Shown: one piece after another, positions 26,345 to 39,949 of the stretch
How the letters are laid out: every line of letters begins with the position of its first letter
Position numbering within the stretch: position 1 is the stretch's first letter
Assembly: GCA_951406725.2 (NCBI GenBank)
Contig: OX597816.1
Location: 130,014,001-130,078,000 of the forward strand
Origin: Octopus vulgaris
Lineage: Eukaryota
Length of the DNA: 64,000 nucleotides
Direction: 5' to 3'
The notes under the pieces: model-generated
Database searches by the model: none
What the model was told of the DNA's origin: nothing
Seen by the model: only the letters and a program-made list of their open reading frames with translations
Program-made: the position numbers and the translations under genes

Positions 26345-26660
26345 AAGAGTATATCTTTTACTCATTTCAGTCACTGGACTGTGGCTATGCTGGGGCACTC
26401 CCCTGGGGGGCTTTAGTCAAACAAATTGACTCCAGTACTTTTGTTTAAATCTGGTACTCACTCTATCAGTCTCTTTTGCTGAACTACTAAATTATGAAGA
26501 TGTAAACAACCCAATGCCAGTGTTGTGTGGTGGTAAGGGATAAACACAAGCATACACACATTTGTATGGCTATGAAAGATACTTGCCCAAGGTACCAAGC
26601 AGTGGGACTGAACCTGGAACCATGTGGTTGGAAAGCAAACTTATCACACAGCCACATTTA
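26345..26660 (-). mobile_element. tRNA-derived SINE, family A (internally deleted)
   Basis: acttgcccaaggt...gggactgaacc head and tail homologous to 36990-37410. Confidence 0.75.
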
Positions 26661-27009
26661 TGCATGATTAGAATGTATGCTCCTAGAAAGAGCATACATC
26701 TGATAACAAAACAATCACAATTTGATTCCACCATTACTCCTCTGATAAAGTCTCATTCAACTTTGACTCAACCATAACCACCCCAAAACTCTCAAATCAG
26801 AGTGTGTGTGTGTGTACATACATGTGCACGCATGTGTGCATAGATGTGAGACATCTATAAAAAAATGACCTAGTTGGGTAGATTTGGCAATGAGTACTGG
26901 AAGAAAATCATGTTATAGACCATAATAATATACTTTATTTTCTCCAGAAGTTACAATCCTATAATTATTTTCGTGTAAGACATTATGACATCTACTTTTA
27001 ACTATGGTG

Positions 27010-27048
<39 letters not shown>

Positions 27049-27779
27049 CATACACACACATACTTACATATTGACACACACAAGCATGGTTTTATGGCCA
27101 CTTGAGTGCCCAATCATATATATATACATATATCCCCCATGAAAAGAATAATAATGTGGATAAAAAAGTGACAATGGAACTTAGTGGATGTCAGTGACTA
27201 TAGAGAGGGCATCACTTGGTCTTAAACAAAATAGATTGTGTTGAATGGTGTACAGATGACACAATATTTATATATCCTTAATAGTATATTTTAATAGATA
27301 TAAGAAATGTCTTGCTTTGTGATTTTTGCAGTGTGATACACTGCTTTTAATTTGATTTCCTTAGAAAATAAAAGGTTTACAAACTGTTTAACAGTGTCTG
27401 GTTTGGTTTATCTTTTTAGCAGTGTACACTGAGATATTCCACATACACTTAAGTATAAATACAAAGGAGTGCATATGTTTGAAGAGGGGAAGCAAATGAG
27501 CTGGCAGTGATTGAGTGAAAGTTTCATGAAACCAGCCGGCTTTGAGGAGCAAAAAACCACTCTAGTAGCAACAGAATGAGAAGACAACACATTTATGGAA
27601 CAGAGGGATGTCTGTATGTAGATCTCACTCAAACTTTGTAGGCAATAATTAGTAGTTGAAGGCTGAAATTTTTCTGGCCTAGTAAAAGATCTTTGTGATT
27701 TTGTTTTCACTAAGTTGAGGTCTTCCATGATAGAGATTAAATGGACATATTGCAACATCTACTATATAATAGAGAGAGT

Positions 27780-29000
27780 ACAGAGGTACTTTTAGCAAAG
27801 CGAGAATTAACAAGTTCAATGAGAAAGTTAGGGTGCTACTGTACATAAGATCTAAGTTTTCAGTTCCTTTCTCTTCAGGTTATAGCAGAGAAGTTTATGA
27901 TTAGTTGCCCACAGGCCCATTGCCAGACTTTGGAGACTGGGGGTGCTTCAGAATATTCTGGGTGGGCACTAATTTGTATTGCAAGATTTTTGTAAACTGT
28001 ATTTTCTAAATCTGAGGGTGCACCATTGAATAGTGAAGGGCAGTGCCATCCTTAGCAACAGGCATGGTTGTCCATGGATATTCTTGTATGCAAGTGACCT
28101 AATCCTCATAGCATAATTAAAGATTTAGAGTAAATTCCAAACTTGAAAGCAAGCCCCTAGAATTGAGAGATCTCAAAATATATCTTACAGGGAGGCAAGT
28201 TTTAGTTAAGAAGAACAGTAGGACCCTACAACCATTGGGAAAATATCCATGTTTGATATGAAGGGAAAATAGTTGAGTGAACCCAGAACTCAATATACAT
28301 ACACAAAATACAGTAAGAATACAGGCAGGCAGGTAGGAAAGGTAGACATCATATATGTCAGGTGCACAAGAGTAGCTTAGAAGTAGACATACATAAGATA
28401 AATTCTTCCTAGAAGTAGATAACTTTCAATACCTCAATGACCTAACTGACAGTGGAGGTAAGTATTTTGAATGCATAATTGCCACAGTAAGAATATAGTG
28501 GAAAAAGTTCAGGGATCTATTATCTCTGTTGATAAGAAAAATTTCTCTCAGCATGAAGAGCAAATGCTTATATATGAGGTGCAATGTCACAGGGATAGCA
28601 AGACATGGGCTTTAAATGTAAAGAATTTGAGAAAGTTGAAAAGAAATCAAGCAAACATATTCCACTGGATGTGTAATGTTAGTGTGCATGAACAATGAAG
28701 CACAAATGGATATAAGAGGATTCAGATGTAGCATACAATAGAAAAGACTACATTTGTATGTGTCTATGATGTGTACAGAGAATACCATTTGTATAGAGAA
28801 GTGATGAACAATTGAACTGGATGGAACCTGTGGAAGAGAGAGGTCAAAGAAAACAAGTGATGAATATTGATCTCAAGAGGCTGATCTTTACAAAGAAGAT
28901 AACAAAGGATTACAACTTGTGGCAACATGATTTTCTGGAGAAGACCCACTTAACATATGCAAACATAGAAAAAACAAAACCGATGGCAGTGATGGTGATG
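27780..29000 (+). mobile_element. Old degenerate RTE fragment
   Basis: Remnants KTWALNVKNLRKLKRNQANIFHWMCNVSVH, collinear with the RTE ORF. Confidence 0.75.
27912..28066. mobile_element. 155-bp hAT-type MITE nested in an RTE
   Basis: 8-bp TSD GTTGCCCA/GTTGTCCA; imperfect TIR CAGGCCCATTGC / GCAACAGGCATG. Confidence 0.7.
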
Positions 29001-29903
29001 GAGGTTGAGATGTATATCTATGTTTGACTCATTCCTGAGCTTTATGTTCAAATTATGTCTCCTTATGGTGTTCTCATTCTCTTTTTGTTACTCTCTTATC
29101 TATCACTCACTTCTCTTCTATCAATGTGTGTCCCTACACACAACCTGCCTCCCTTCCATCACACTATCTTAGTATAGAGGAATATCTCCAATGATGAGAC
29201 AACTTCTGGTACTGGTGAATGAATGATGACAATGTAGAGTATAGAGGTATCTTTAATATTACCAGGGAGACAACAATATCTCTAATGCTGGTACCATGAG
29301 AAGATACACTTAGACTTAGAAAGTGTATCCAGTTATAAAAAACATGCCAAAAATGACCATACAAGTGAGATGTGTTTTCTGACTCATCTAGCAGGGCAGT
29401 AATTCCAGATAAGAATTGACTTAGTCTGCAGTGACCCTCTGTCCCTTACCAGCATGGAAAAAGTAGACAAAAAATGATGATTGCATAACCAAAACCCCTA
29501 CTTTTTACCAGGCTAATTGAATTTTTTTTATGGTTGAACATGTTTTCTAGCATCAGCTAGCAAGATGGTATGGACTAATTATATGTATAATATTAACAAA
29601 CTAAGGGGGAAATCTAATTTCTAACACTAACAACTGTGATGGAAGAGATTTCTAAATAAAGTTAATGCTCAGTTTAAGCTTCTAAAGATCAATAAACAGA
29701 GAACATAAAAGGAAGGAATAAGGAAAAGTGCTGAGTGCTGGATCAGGCGTTGAGAAACAGGAGTGGTGTTAGCGGAAGACGGGAGTAAAACAAGAGTTGT
29801 AAATACATGGTCAAAAAGAGTTCTGAAGAATGATGAAGATAATGGTAGCAATAGTAAAAATAAGAGGATACATCCTCTCAATAAGTACGTGGGAAAAGCT
29901 ATT

Positions 29904-30836
29904 CAAGTGTGCCCCCACCCACACCTCGATTTTGTTTCCTCATAACTTTCAGAAAAAATGGGTATTTTTTAATGAAATTTTCTACAAACACCTTTCAGAG
30001 TGTGTAGACTATGAATATATTGGAATTTGAAATGAAAAAAAATGGTGGATCACACACAAATATACAGACACACATATATCACATATATCTAGAAATAGAT
30101 GCAGGCACGACTGTGTGGTAAGTATCTTGCTTACCGACCAATATGGTTCTGGGTTCAGTCCCACTGCATGGCACCTTGGGCCAGTGTTTTCTATTATAGC
30201 CTCGTGCCAACTAAAGCCTTGTGAGTGGATTTGGTAGAGGGAAACTATAAGAAGCCCGTCGTATATATATGTATGTATGTGTGTCTGTATTTGTCCTTCC
30301 ATCATCGCTTGACAACCGATGTTGGTGTGTTTACGTCCCCGTAACTTAGCAGTTCGACAAAAGAGATCGATAAGAAAAGTACTAGGCTTCCAAAGAATAA
30401 GTCCTATGGTCGATTTGTTCGACTAAATGAGGTGCTCCAGCATGGCTGCAGTCAAATGACTGAAACAAAAGAATAAATTGAAACTAGAAATTTCGAAAAA
30501 TTTGTTACGTGTGTCAGTATCTATGTTTGTGTGTGCTCACCATTTTTCTTTTCACATCAACTTCCTATATAATCGTACTTTACCAACTCTGAAAGGTACT
30601 TAAAGATTTCACTAAAAAAAATACCCATCTTTTTGAAAATTATAAGGAAACAAAGCCAACTCGTATACATTTTCTGAAATTCCTCTCCCCTCTCTCACTC
30701 CCGGAAAACTTTTTTCACAACAAATTCCGATATGATCGGAATCTACACGATCTGAAGCGTAACTGTAGAAAATTTCATTAAAAATATCCATTTTTCTGGA
30801 AGTTATGAGGAAGCAAAGTTTGGCGGGGCACACTTA
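29904..30836. mobile_element. MITE with ~125-bp inverted ends, interrupted by a SINE
   Basis: 29904-30030 is an imperfect reverse complement of 30720-30836. Confidence 0.65.
30100..30475 (+). mobile_element. tRNA-derived SINE, family A
   Basis: Full-length layout matching 36990-37410. Confidence 0.85.
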
Positions 30837-31196
30837 TGTAGGTATGTCAGCACGTGTTCAATAATTCTTGAATATTATTTCTAGGACAGTAAGCTTGGCA
30901 GAGTCGAAATGTTTCTATACTTATTTGAGTGTTGATCTTTCGCTTTCAATTTCACTTTCATTTCAAAAGAATTGAAAATAAATGGTGTTAAATTTTATCC
31001 TATATTTATTGGAAGTTTCTGAAGTTCCTTCCAAGAAACAAAAGCGTACCAAACACCAAGATTTCAATATAATGGGGAAAATAATTATTTTTGAATATGA
31101 ATGACACTAATAGACTATCGCAGCTATTACGAGAAATTGTAGTTATATAGGAGGAAAAAGAGGATTACTTCCACACAACAAGAATATAAGAGAATT

Positions 31197-31424
31197 GATT
31201 TGGGGTTGAAAAAGTACCTGGGTTTTAAAAAACGTATTTTAATCGTATATATAAAAATAAAATAAGATAAAAATTTAAAGGAAAGTCTTTTGAATTTTCA
31301 TCTTATTTTTTTATTTACAATTCAAAAACAAACAAAAAAATGTCGAAACCAATATAGTATTGTAATATATTTTTAAAAAACTAAAATTTGTTTTAAAACC
31401 CGGGTGCATTTTCAACCACAAACC
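31197..31424. mobile_element. Palindromic MITE-like element
   Basis: ggttgaaaaagtacctgggttttaaaa versus ttttaaaacccgggtgcattttcaacc inverted ends. Confidence 0.55.
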
Positions 31425-33065
31425 TATATTAGAGAGAGAGCTGGGGTACTTAGAACTGTCTCCTAATATATTCACACTTTTGCACTGTATTTGAATTTAA
31501 AACCCGAAAAAATTAAAATCCACTATCCCTCTAGCCATAAAAAATAGATTTTTAACTTTCGCGCGTAAGTTGCAGGAGAGACAGTTAATTTTACCATTCA
31601 GCCTTCAACCAAACAAAATCGGTACCAGTCATAATATGAAATCAATGAACAATTTTCCCTTCCCTTGCAAAACTGGCCTTGTATCTTATTGCATGTATAT
31701 AAGAATAGGACCAATTAAAGAATATCAACCACGGTAATTAACAGGATACCTGTCCCTAATTACAAAAATACCGTTGTCACTAATTACAAAAATACAGTTG
31801 TAGATATGTATAATTGTGTGTCACAGTGAGTTGTCTAATACATATATCAACGAAAACAGTCATCTGCAGTCACTGAGTTTTGTGATAAATGGATACTGTA
31901 ACGGTTTTACGTATATTGCCATGGGCCTCGAGTTCGCTACCCATGCTATTGAATATTATTGTGTGTGTATGCAATGTATACATACATGTGAGTTTAACGC
32001 TTCGATAGATATCCGTCAATACACATGAATACATGTTTAAACATTGTTTTTACTACAGGAAGCACAAGACTATTTCTCAGCGAAAAGTATATAACCAGTG
32101 CTCTCAATACAGTAATATTATCACTGGAAATTAGTTTATTGTTACTAGAATCGTACGTAATCCAACAGAATGTTGTTTTTTTAAATTGGAACCATATCAC
32201 CAGTAATCCCGCCTTTAATCTTTATAAAATTTACACTTATCTGAAGTGATGTCACTCGTCCTACAATAAATATTTCAAACAGTTGTTGCATTTTACCCTT
32301 ATGGAAAACATTAGTATCACGATTTCCCGTTTTATCTTCCCGTGCACTTCATATCTATGTAAAGAAAGATGATCTCAAATTAGCACGAAGACTCGATTAT
32401 TCTTAGAAAGTAGGGTAAATGAGAAATACGATGTTCAAGCATTTCTACATCCATGAGACAATCTAAACTGAGATCGAAACTTGTTGAAAATTCAATTCAT
32501 TGAGAAATATGGTAAATCGTGTCCTTAATCTGTGAGGGCCAGCGACGGTTATGAGCACTTCTCTGACTAGCATCTATTAATAACAATAACCGCCAATAGG
32601 GGTTTCTAAATTTACCACAAGGTAACAAATTTAGAACTGGGTGCAGTTGATTAAATCCATATCAGTACTTGATTGGTATTTGTTTTATAGTATCCCGAAA
32701 TGAAAAGTCGACCCCGGCGGAAACCAGGCCTTTCTGTACAAGGAAATAAAAAAGGGAAAAGTCGACTAAGAAAATTTGAGTCTATTACAGGTTATTTAAT
32801 CGACCTCGCTTTGATGTTGAAGAAAATCGAGTTTGGCGCTATCATTATAATAATTCCACAATGTTAACGATTCATCGAGCGAGAAGCAACTCGTTAACAT
32901 CTAAAAATATGCTTTCGGTAACACGAAGAGGGAGTTGTAAACAGGTCATGTACACATGCAAACGTCGCTACCCAACCACACATAGAAGACATAAAAACAC
33001 ACACACGCGCGTATTTATAGATTACTGTAATGATCAAAACATATAGAAGAAAACAAACGACTCAC

Positions 33066-33334
33066 CCTTTTTCTAAATCTTGTCCCTCTTGAGCAACGAC
33101 TTCTAAAACTGTGCCAACATGGCTTGATTTCAGTTTCTGCAGACTAACAGTGTCGTCATCCTTTATATTACAAATGTTTTCTTCGTCTGGAGGTTTCTCA
33201 CTGGTGTTTACTAATTTGTAAAATCCTAGAAGAGCTCCTTGAGATACTTTACTACCTTTCCGCACCTTCCATTTCATGATTCTAATGCGGCCAGGAGCCA
33301 GCACTTTAATAGTATTACTAGAACTCTCCGCCAT
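33066..33334 (-). CDS. CTDP1: CTDP1 exon 1 (start codon)
   Basis: MAESSSNTIKVLAPGRIRIMKWKVRKGSKVSQGALL...KLKSSHVGTVLEVVAQEGQDLEKG; GG|GTGAG donor, phase 2; the six exons sum to 2754 nt = 917 aa plus stop. Confidence 0.92.
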
Positions 33335-34309
33335 CTTTCAATCATCTCTTTCTCTCTCACTCCCTCTCTCTCTATCTTTTGCTCTTTCTCTCTTTGGTTC
33401 TATCTTACTCTTTCTATCACTTTCTCTCCCACTCTGTATTTCTTTTTTTCTTTTTTGCACTGTCTCTCTCTCTTTCTCTCTACGTTCCTGAAACGGTAAA
33501 CGTTTTCTGTATGCGCGTTGTGTGAGCTGTTTTTGTCGTTCTTTGTGTATGTACACTTGTGTGCTTGACCTGTTAGAATGTGTGTGTGTGAGTGTGTATA
33601 TATATATATACACACACACACACATATATATAAATATATAGTGAGAGAGAGAGGTGCGTGTGTTTATCAATATAAAATTATGCCTATGAATGTCTACTGC
33701 ATTTATATTTCTTAAACCACCTACCAATGACGGTAGATTGTTTCTAATTAATGGTCACGTTAACCGTTTTTGGCGATTTTTCGAACTTTGAACATATTAT
33801 ATGACAGACAAAAGAAAACAAACTGTTGTGGTTACAAAGTGAGAGGTAAATAAATAATTGTTAATAATCCGTAAAATTCGTCAACAATCAATAATAAAGG
33901 CAACTTTCGTTTTATCGACGTAAAAACACGGAACTCAATAGTCAGGTACAATAAAATGAAAGTTAAAAACTATGTACTCCAGTAGTTGTTATGACTCAGC
34001 AACAAAATGAAACTAAAATGTTTTTCCTTTGAAACTTTCTATCGATATCAGAAGTACTTTGGTTGTTACTGTAGCTATATTACTAAGTAATATATGACTC
34101 GAGTTGCACAGCAGACGAATATATCGATGAGGCGTCTAGCCTCGCTTTGATACAGTAGCCTCGTTCTGAGCTACACCGTAGGAACTAGGCTTTGGTCAAA
34201 GATACATGCCTTCTCTGCAGCTGCACACGCAACTCACATGTTTATTGACCTCGACACAAGATATGTGGTTCGTAAACGAAGATATTTTATCACACACATT
34301 TTCATCGTT

Positions 34310-34768
34310 TGCTAGAATAAGAATAGCCTGGGCAAAGTTCAGAGAGCTCTTACCTCTGCTGGTGACAAAGGGTGTGCCAGAGCAGCTGACTGGTTTCCAT
34401 GCCAGTGGCACATAAAAAGCCCCATTCGAGCGTGATCGTTACCAGCGTCACCTTACTGGCACCTGTGCCGGTGGCACGTGAAAAAACATTTGAGCGAGGT
34501 CGTTGCCAGTGCCACTGGATGGGCTCCTGTGCAGGTGGTACATAAAAAACACCATTTGAGCGTGGCCGTTGCCAGTACCGCCTGACTGGCTCTCGTGCCG
34601 GTGGCACATAAAAAACACCCACTACACTCTCGGAGTGGTTGGCGTTAGGAAGGGCATCCAGCTGTAGATCAGGATGGAGCCTGGTGCAGCCATCTGGCTT
34701 GCCAGTCCTCAGTCAAATCGTCCGACCCATGCCAGCATGGAAAACGGACATTAAACGATGATGATGTT
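34310..34768 (+). mobile_element. Internally deleted RTE (ORF scrap fused to 3' UTR array)
   Basis: ARIRIAWAKFRELLPLLVTKG jumps directly into the UTR units; (GAT)n tail. Confidence 0.85.
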
Positions 34769-35042
34769 CTCATTACACACATGCATACATACTGTAATAC
34801 TTCTTTCAGTGCAAAAGCAAAAATCAGAGCTTTCTTTGTATGTAAACACACATGTTTTTGTATCATACTACATGCTTCCACCACAAAAGGTGAAACAGAA
34901 TAAATAATATATTTATGCACAAAAATGTCTTATGGTGATTCATACTAACTTTTTTTTCTTTTAATAACATGCACTTGAACAGTCAACGACAGCCGCTATG
35001 AAAAGGTGGCCCCGATATAAAAATATTTATATATATACATGT

Positions 35043-35850
35043 ATCATCATCATCATCGTTTAACGTCTGTTCTCCATGCTAGCATGGGTTGGACGGTTCG
35101 ACCGGGAATCTGGGAAGCCAGAAGGGTGCACCAGGCTCCGGTCTTATCTGGCAATGTTTCTACAGCTGGATGCCCTTCCTAACGCCAACCACTCCGTGAG
35201 TGTAGTGGGTGCTTTTTACGTGCCACCTGCACTGGTGCTAGGCGAGGCTGGCATCGGCCACGGTCGGATTGGTGCATTTTACATGCCACCTGCACAGAAG
35301 CCAGTCGAGGCGGCACTGGCTTTGGCCACGATTCGGATGGTGCTTTTTACGTGCCACCGACACGGAAGCCAGTCGAGGCAGCGCTGGCATCAGCCACGAT
35401 TCGGATAGTGCTTTTTACGTATCTCCAGTCCAGGGGTCCTGGAATCTGCTGGGTGCCAGTCATAGGATTGGTTCAATTTCGATTTCGATTTCACTTGCCC
35501 CAACAGGTCTTCGCAAGCATAGGTGCCTGTCGTCGGATGAGGTCGATATCGACTTCGCTTGCCTCAACAGGTCTTTGTGTGTTCAAGGGAGGAAAGGCAT
35601 GCATAAGTGGGCTGGACTCACTTGTCCTGCCTGGTCTTTTCACGCATAGCATATTTCCAAAGGTCTCATCGCTGGTCATTTCCTCAGTGAGACCTAAAGT
35701 TCGAAGGTCGTGCTTCACCACCTCGTCCCAAGTTTTCCTGGGTCTACCTCTTCCACGGGTTCCCTCCACTGCTAGGGATTGGCACTTTTTCACACACCTA
35801 TCTTCATCCATTCTCGCCACATGACCATACCAGCGCAATCGTCTCTCTTT
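35043..35850 (-). mobile_element. 5'-truncated RTE LINE (ORF end plus complete 3' UTR)
   Basis: ERRLRWYGHVARMDEDRCVKKC...KTWDEVVKHDLRTLGL, nearly identical to the 8105-8240 region; then UTR array and (GAT)n. Confidence 0.93.
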
Positions 35851-35871
35851 TTCCAATATATATATATATAT

Positions 35872-36764
35872 TGTTACGATACCACCGTCGCTCAACTTGA
35901 ACCCGGGACCCTACTAAGTCGAGCGAATGGAATCAGGCTCAGTCGAATGGAATCCGCCACAGAGAAAACGGTGGTGGAGATGGCAGCGAACTCGTCAACC
36001 GGCGACCGGAGAGAACAACAACAACAACAGCAGGAAGAGATGCAGAGAGACGGCGGAAGGCAATTGGCTTACATTTAAAAACAGTTCATGACAATCATTA
36101 CAACATCAAATACAATGTAAAATACATCAGGTACATCAAAGAAAATAACATGCAACAGAATCAACAGCATGCAGATACAATACAGTCCAGAGACAACAGT
36201 TCAAATCAGTTCAATCAAATAATGTTCACGATACAGTTCAGAGACAAATCAGAACAGTTCATTCAATACATTAAAGTCTTTCTCTTTCTTTTTTTCTCTT
36301 CAACACCTCTTTTCTTTTCTTCCTCTTTTCCTTAATTCACAGTTCTTTCTCCTTTTTTTTTTAACACATCAATTCTTTTCTTTTCTTCAACACATCAAGT
36401 CAACAACAAAAAAACAAGCATAAACATTACCAAACATTTTCGCGTCTGCAACTCTGCAACAATAGCCAATGCCTTCTACGCCGTAACCTCCCTTTCGCTC
36501 TCAATCCTCTGTGTATGTCTTTCACATTCACTGTTTCCGGCAGAACTACCTGTTACCAACTGTTGACTGACTGACAAATTCCCAGCACGTCGCATTATAA
36601 GGGGTGGTTTCTCAAACTTTCCCTGACCGGAACAGGGCCAAAGGTCTCTTCCGAATACATAACTTTCCCCAGAAACCGACAGGACAAAAGGTTTTAGCCG
36701 TCTGCTTGACGCCAACTCGCAAAGTGGGTCAAAGCACTCTGTTTCCGAACTGACCTCCATATCA
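35872..36764. mobile_element. Probable solo LTR (893 bp)
   Basis: TG...CA termini (TGTTAC / ATATCA), ATAT on both flanks within (TA)n, CpG-rich, no recognisable coding remnant. Confidence 0.55.
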
Positions 36765-36989
36765 ATATATATATAGTGGATCATTGGACGCCTTGTTCAA
36801 AGAAAAATGCATGTTACTAAAGAAAACATGCACCAAAGTCACTTACAAATAAACCGCACTTACTCAGTGGCCCAGCAACAAAATTTGCTAAGGGGGTGCA
36901 AACCCAGGTCCTAATTTTTTTAATGAAAAATGTGGATTTTTCCAATGTTAACATTAAAACAAATACAGGTATGATAATTTTTATTATTA

Positions 36990-37163
36990 TGAGGTGCAGG
37001 AGTGGCTGTGTGGTAAGTAGCTTGCTAACCAACCACATGGTTCCGGGTTCAGTCCCACTGCATAGCATCTTGGGCAAGTGTCTTCTGCTATAGCCCCGGG
37101 CCGACCAATGCCTTGTGAGTAGATTTGGTAGACGGAAACTGAAAGAAGCCTGTCGTATATATG

Positions 37164-37198
<35 letters not shown>

Positions 37199-37410
37199 TC
37201 ATGTGTCTGTGTTTGTCCCCCTAGCATTGCTTGACAACCGATGCTGGTGTGTTTACGTCCCCGTTACTTAGCAGTTTGGCAAAAGAGACCAATAGAATAA
37301 GTACTGGGCTTGCAAAGAATAACTCCCGGGGTCGATTTGCTCAACTAAAGGCGGTGCTCCAGCATGGCCGCAGTCGAATGACTGAAACAAGTAAAAGAGT
37401 AAAAGAGTAT
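36990..37410 (+). mobile_element. tRNA-derived SINE, family A (young, full length)
   Basis: A box tggctgtgtgg, B box ggttcagtccc, ttgggcaagt core, internal (TA)(TG) microsatellite, (AAAGAGT) tail; near-identical copy at 62925-63320. Confidence 0.9.
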
Positions 37411-37815
37411 GAGGGTCCGCTGAAATGTTTATAATCTGAGCAAGACACAATGGAATGTGACCAAATGAAGTTCATTTTCTAACATAGTTCCTCTTACTGT
37501 CCACACTCTTCCATTAGTAGTTGCAGTGCTTGGATCGCACTGGTGAAGAAGCTTTTCTGTTGATCAAAATGGTCATCAACAACAGATAAGATTTTCTCAT
37601 CATAGTGATACTGGTGCTCAGCTGAGTGTTTTTCTATGTTGGGAAACAGATGATAACCAGAAGGAACCAAATCACTAACATAGGGTGGATGATCAACCAG
37701 TTCAAAGCCAGTCACATACAGCAGCCATTGAAACCAAGGACTTGTGTGCTGAAACAAGTTTTTCTGGGTATTCATCAGTTTTTCTGGGTATTTGGTCTTG
37801 ATAGCCTTTCATAAC
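37410..37815 (-). mobile_element. mariner transposase 3' remnant
   Basis: FELVDHPPYVSDLVPSGYHLFPNIEKH (YSPDLAPSD motif); end resembles the MITE TIR at 57818. Confidence 0.8.
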
Positions 37816-38247
37816 TGCCTTAGGAAGTTGGTATTGAAATTTTCCATTGATGGTGTGATCATTTTGAAGATAGCCAATAAACACAATATTTTGTGCATTA
37901 ATGCATAGTATATATAATAATGTGAAGTATATTTTGCATATTAAAATGTTAAATTTTGGAAATGTATCAAGCAGAGCTAAAATAAGCAGTAAAAATACAA
38001 ATTGCAAGTATTTCAAAATGTGGGACACTACATGACAAAATCTAACAAAAAAAGGAAAATAGTGGTGCTTGTGTTCCAAAGGTACAATGAGAAGGCTCAG
38101 GAGAAAGATAGAGTAGAGAGGAAGGAAGTTAGAAGGAAAGAAAAGAATGAAAAGTGAAAAGATAAACTGGGGATCTGAAATGAGTACTAGACAGGAAATT
38201 GACCCCTGTGTTGGTGGCACGTAAAAACAGCACCCACTACACTCTCA

Positions 38248-38448
38248 GAAGTTAGGAAATCCTCGGAATTCCCAGGAAGTTTTCGACCAAATTTCCATTA
38301 AGTTAGAAAATCCTTGGAACTTTCTAGGAAGTTTTCGACCAAAGCTCCCAGAAGTAAGAAAATACTCGGAACTTTCCAGGAATTTTCGACCAAATTTCCA
38401 GAAATCCTCGGAACTTCCCAGGAAGTTTTCAACCAAATTTCCCGGAAT
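38248..38448 (+). repeat. ~51-bp minisatellite, 4 copies
   Basis: Unit gaaatcctcggaacttcccaggaagttttcgaccaaatttcca. Confidence 0.9.
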
Positions 38449-38449
38449 C

Positions 38450-39860
38450 GGAAAAAGAGGAATGAACCAATAGCATTGGACACCATCCAACTTGATTCCT
38501 TCAACACAGCAAAGCAGCAACTTGCTCAGGCATCACTTCTTGCCCACCCTGTCGTGGATGCTTAGCTATCCCTTATATCCAACACTGCCATAGGCATGGT
38601 GTTACAACAATTTCACCAGCAACGATTCCAGCCTCTTGCCTTTTCTCTCAGCAGCTTAAACCAGCTGAAACTCACTACAGCACTTTCAGATGGGAGCTGT
38701 TAGTTATGTATTGAGCAGTCAAACATTTCTGGCACACACTCGAGGGATGCCATTTCACAATTTTTATGGACCACTGTCCACTCACCTTTGCCCTGCACTC
38801 AAAGCCTGAGAAGTACTCTCCATGAGAAACCAGGCACTTGGATTTCATTTCCCAATTTACTACCAACATCTGCCATATCTCTTGCATAGATAACACTGCA
38901 GCAGATGCCTTATCATGCCTACCACCGAATTTACTGTCATCACCCACAGACATCTCCTGGCAAAAGTTCAACCTCACTTAGAGACAATTGATATATCCTC
39001 ACCTGCCTTTGCCACATGCAACTTCAAGTACTTCCCAGTACAACTGACGCACGAATTTTGTGCAATACTTCCATGAATTCTCTTTGTCCTTTTGTTCAGG
39101 AGACCCGCAGACTGCATAACCTGTCACACCCTGGTGTCACTGCCACAGTAAAATTCATTTTGGCTAGATTCTTTTGACCAAATATGAGATGAGACATCAC
39201 TGCTTGGTCACGCTCCTGCCTTTTCTGTCAGAAGTCAAAGGTAAATAGGCACACCCGTGCACCCCTTGGCACATTCAACACACCAGATGTGCATTTCAAC
39301 CATGTACTCATCGACCTTGTCAGACCTTGGCCAGTCAGCCAGGCATACACCTACCTACTCATCCACATTGATCGTTTCACATGTTAGCCAGAAGCTATTT
39401 CTTTAGAAGATATCACTGCAGAATCTGTTGCCAAAGCTTTTCTCACAGGATGGATATTATGGTACAGAGTTCCTACCACCATCATTACCAACTGTGGAAA
39501 ACAGTTTGAATTGCAACTCTTCCATGAGTTCACGAAGACCATAGGTACATGTTGGATTCAAACCACCAGTTACCATCCACAATCCAATGGTATGGTGGAA
39601 CGATTCCACCCAGATCAGCAGTGTTGGAGTGAATATCTTCCAATAGTCCTTCTTGGCTGTCGAACCTCAATAAAGGAGGGTCTCAGTTATTCCCCAACAT
39701 AACTTGTTTATGGCACACCTCTTTTGCTACTAGGCCAGATGTTGGCCCCAGTGGATCTGTCCACACAAGACCCCACTATGTACATACACAGACTTTACAA
39801 ATACATGCAAGAACTGCCACCCATGTCAACACAACACCAAACCATTAAATTAACAGTTCC
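38450..39860 (+). mobile_element. Ty3/Gypsy pol remnant (RNase H then integrase)
   Basis: Frameshifted LLAHP, QPLAF, YSTFRWELL, HLDFISQF, NTAADALS, HPGV, CQKSK, IDRFT, TTSYHPQSNGMVERFH in Gypsy domain order. Confidence 0.92.
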
Positions 39861-39949
39861 AGGGTCAATGATGGGGTTGCACAACTACCACTCTGTTTCT
39901 TCTTAAAATTTCTATTATGGTCTCTAATTCTTTAAAATTTACCCACAAC

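Noticed and set aside
36990-37065. tRNA gene (also the heads at 49300-49372, 22130-22200, 63250-63320)
   Set aside because: A/B boxes are present but there is no complete cloverleaf; each continues into a repeat body, so these are SINE-type heads.
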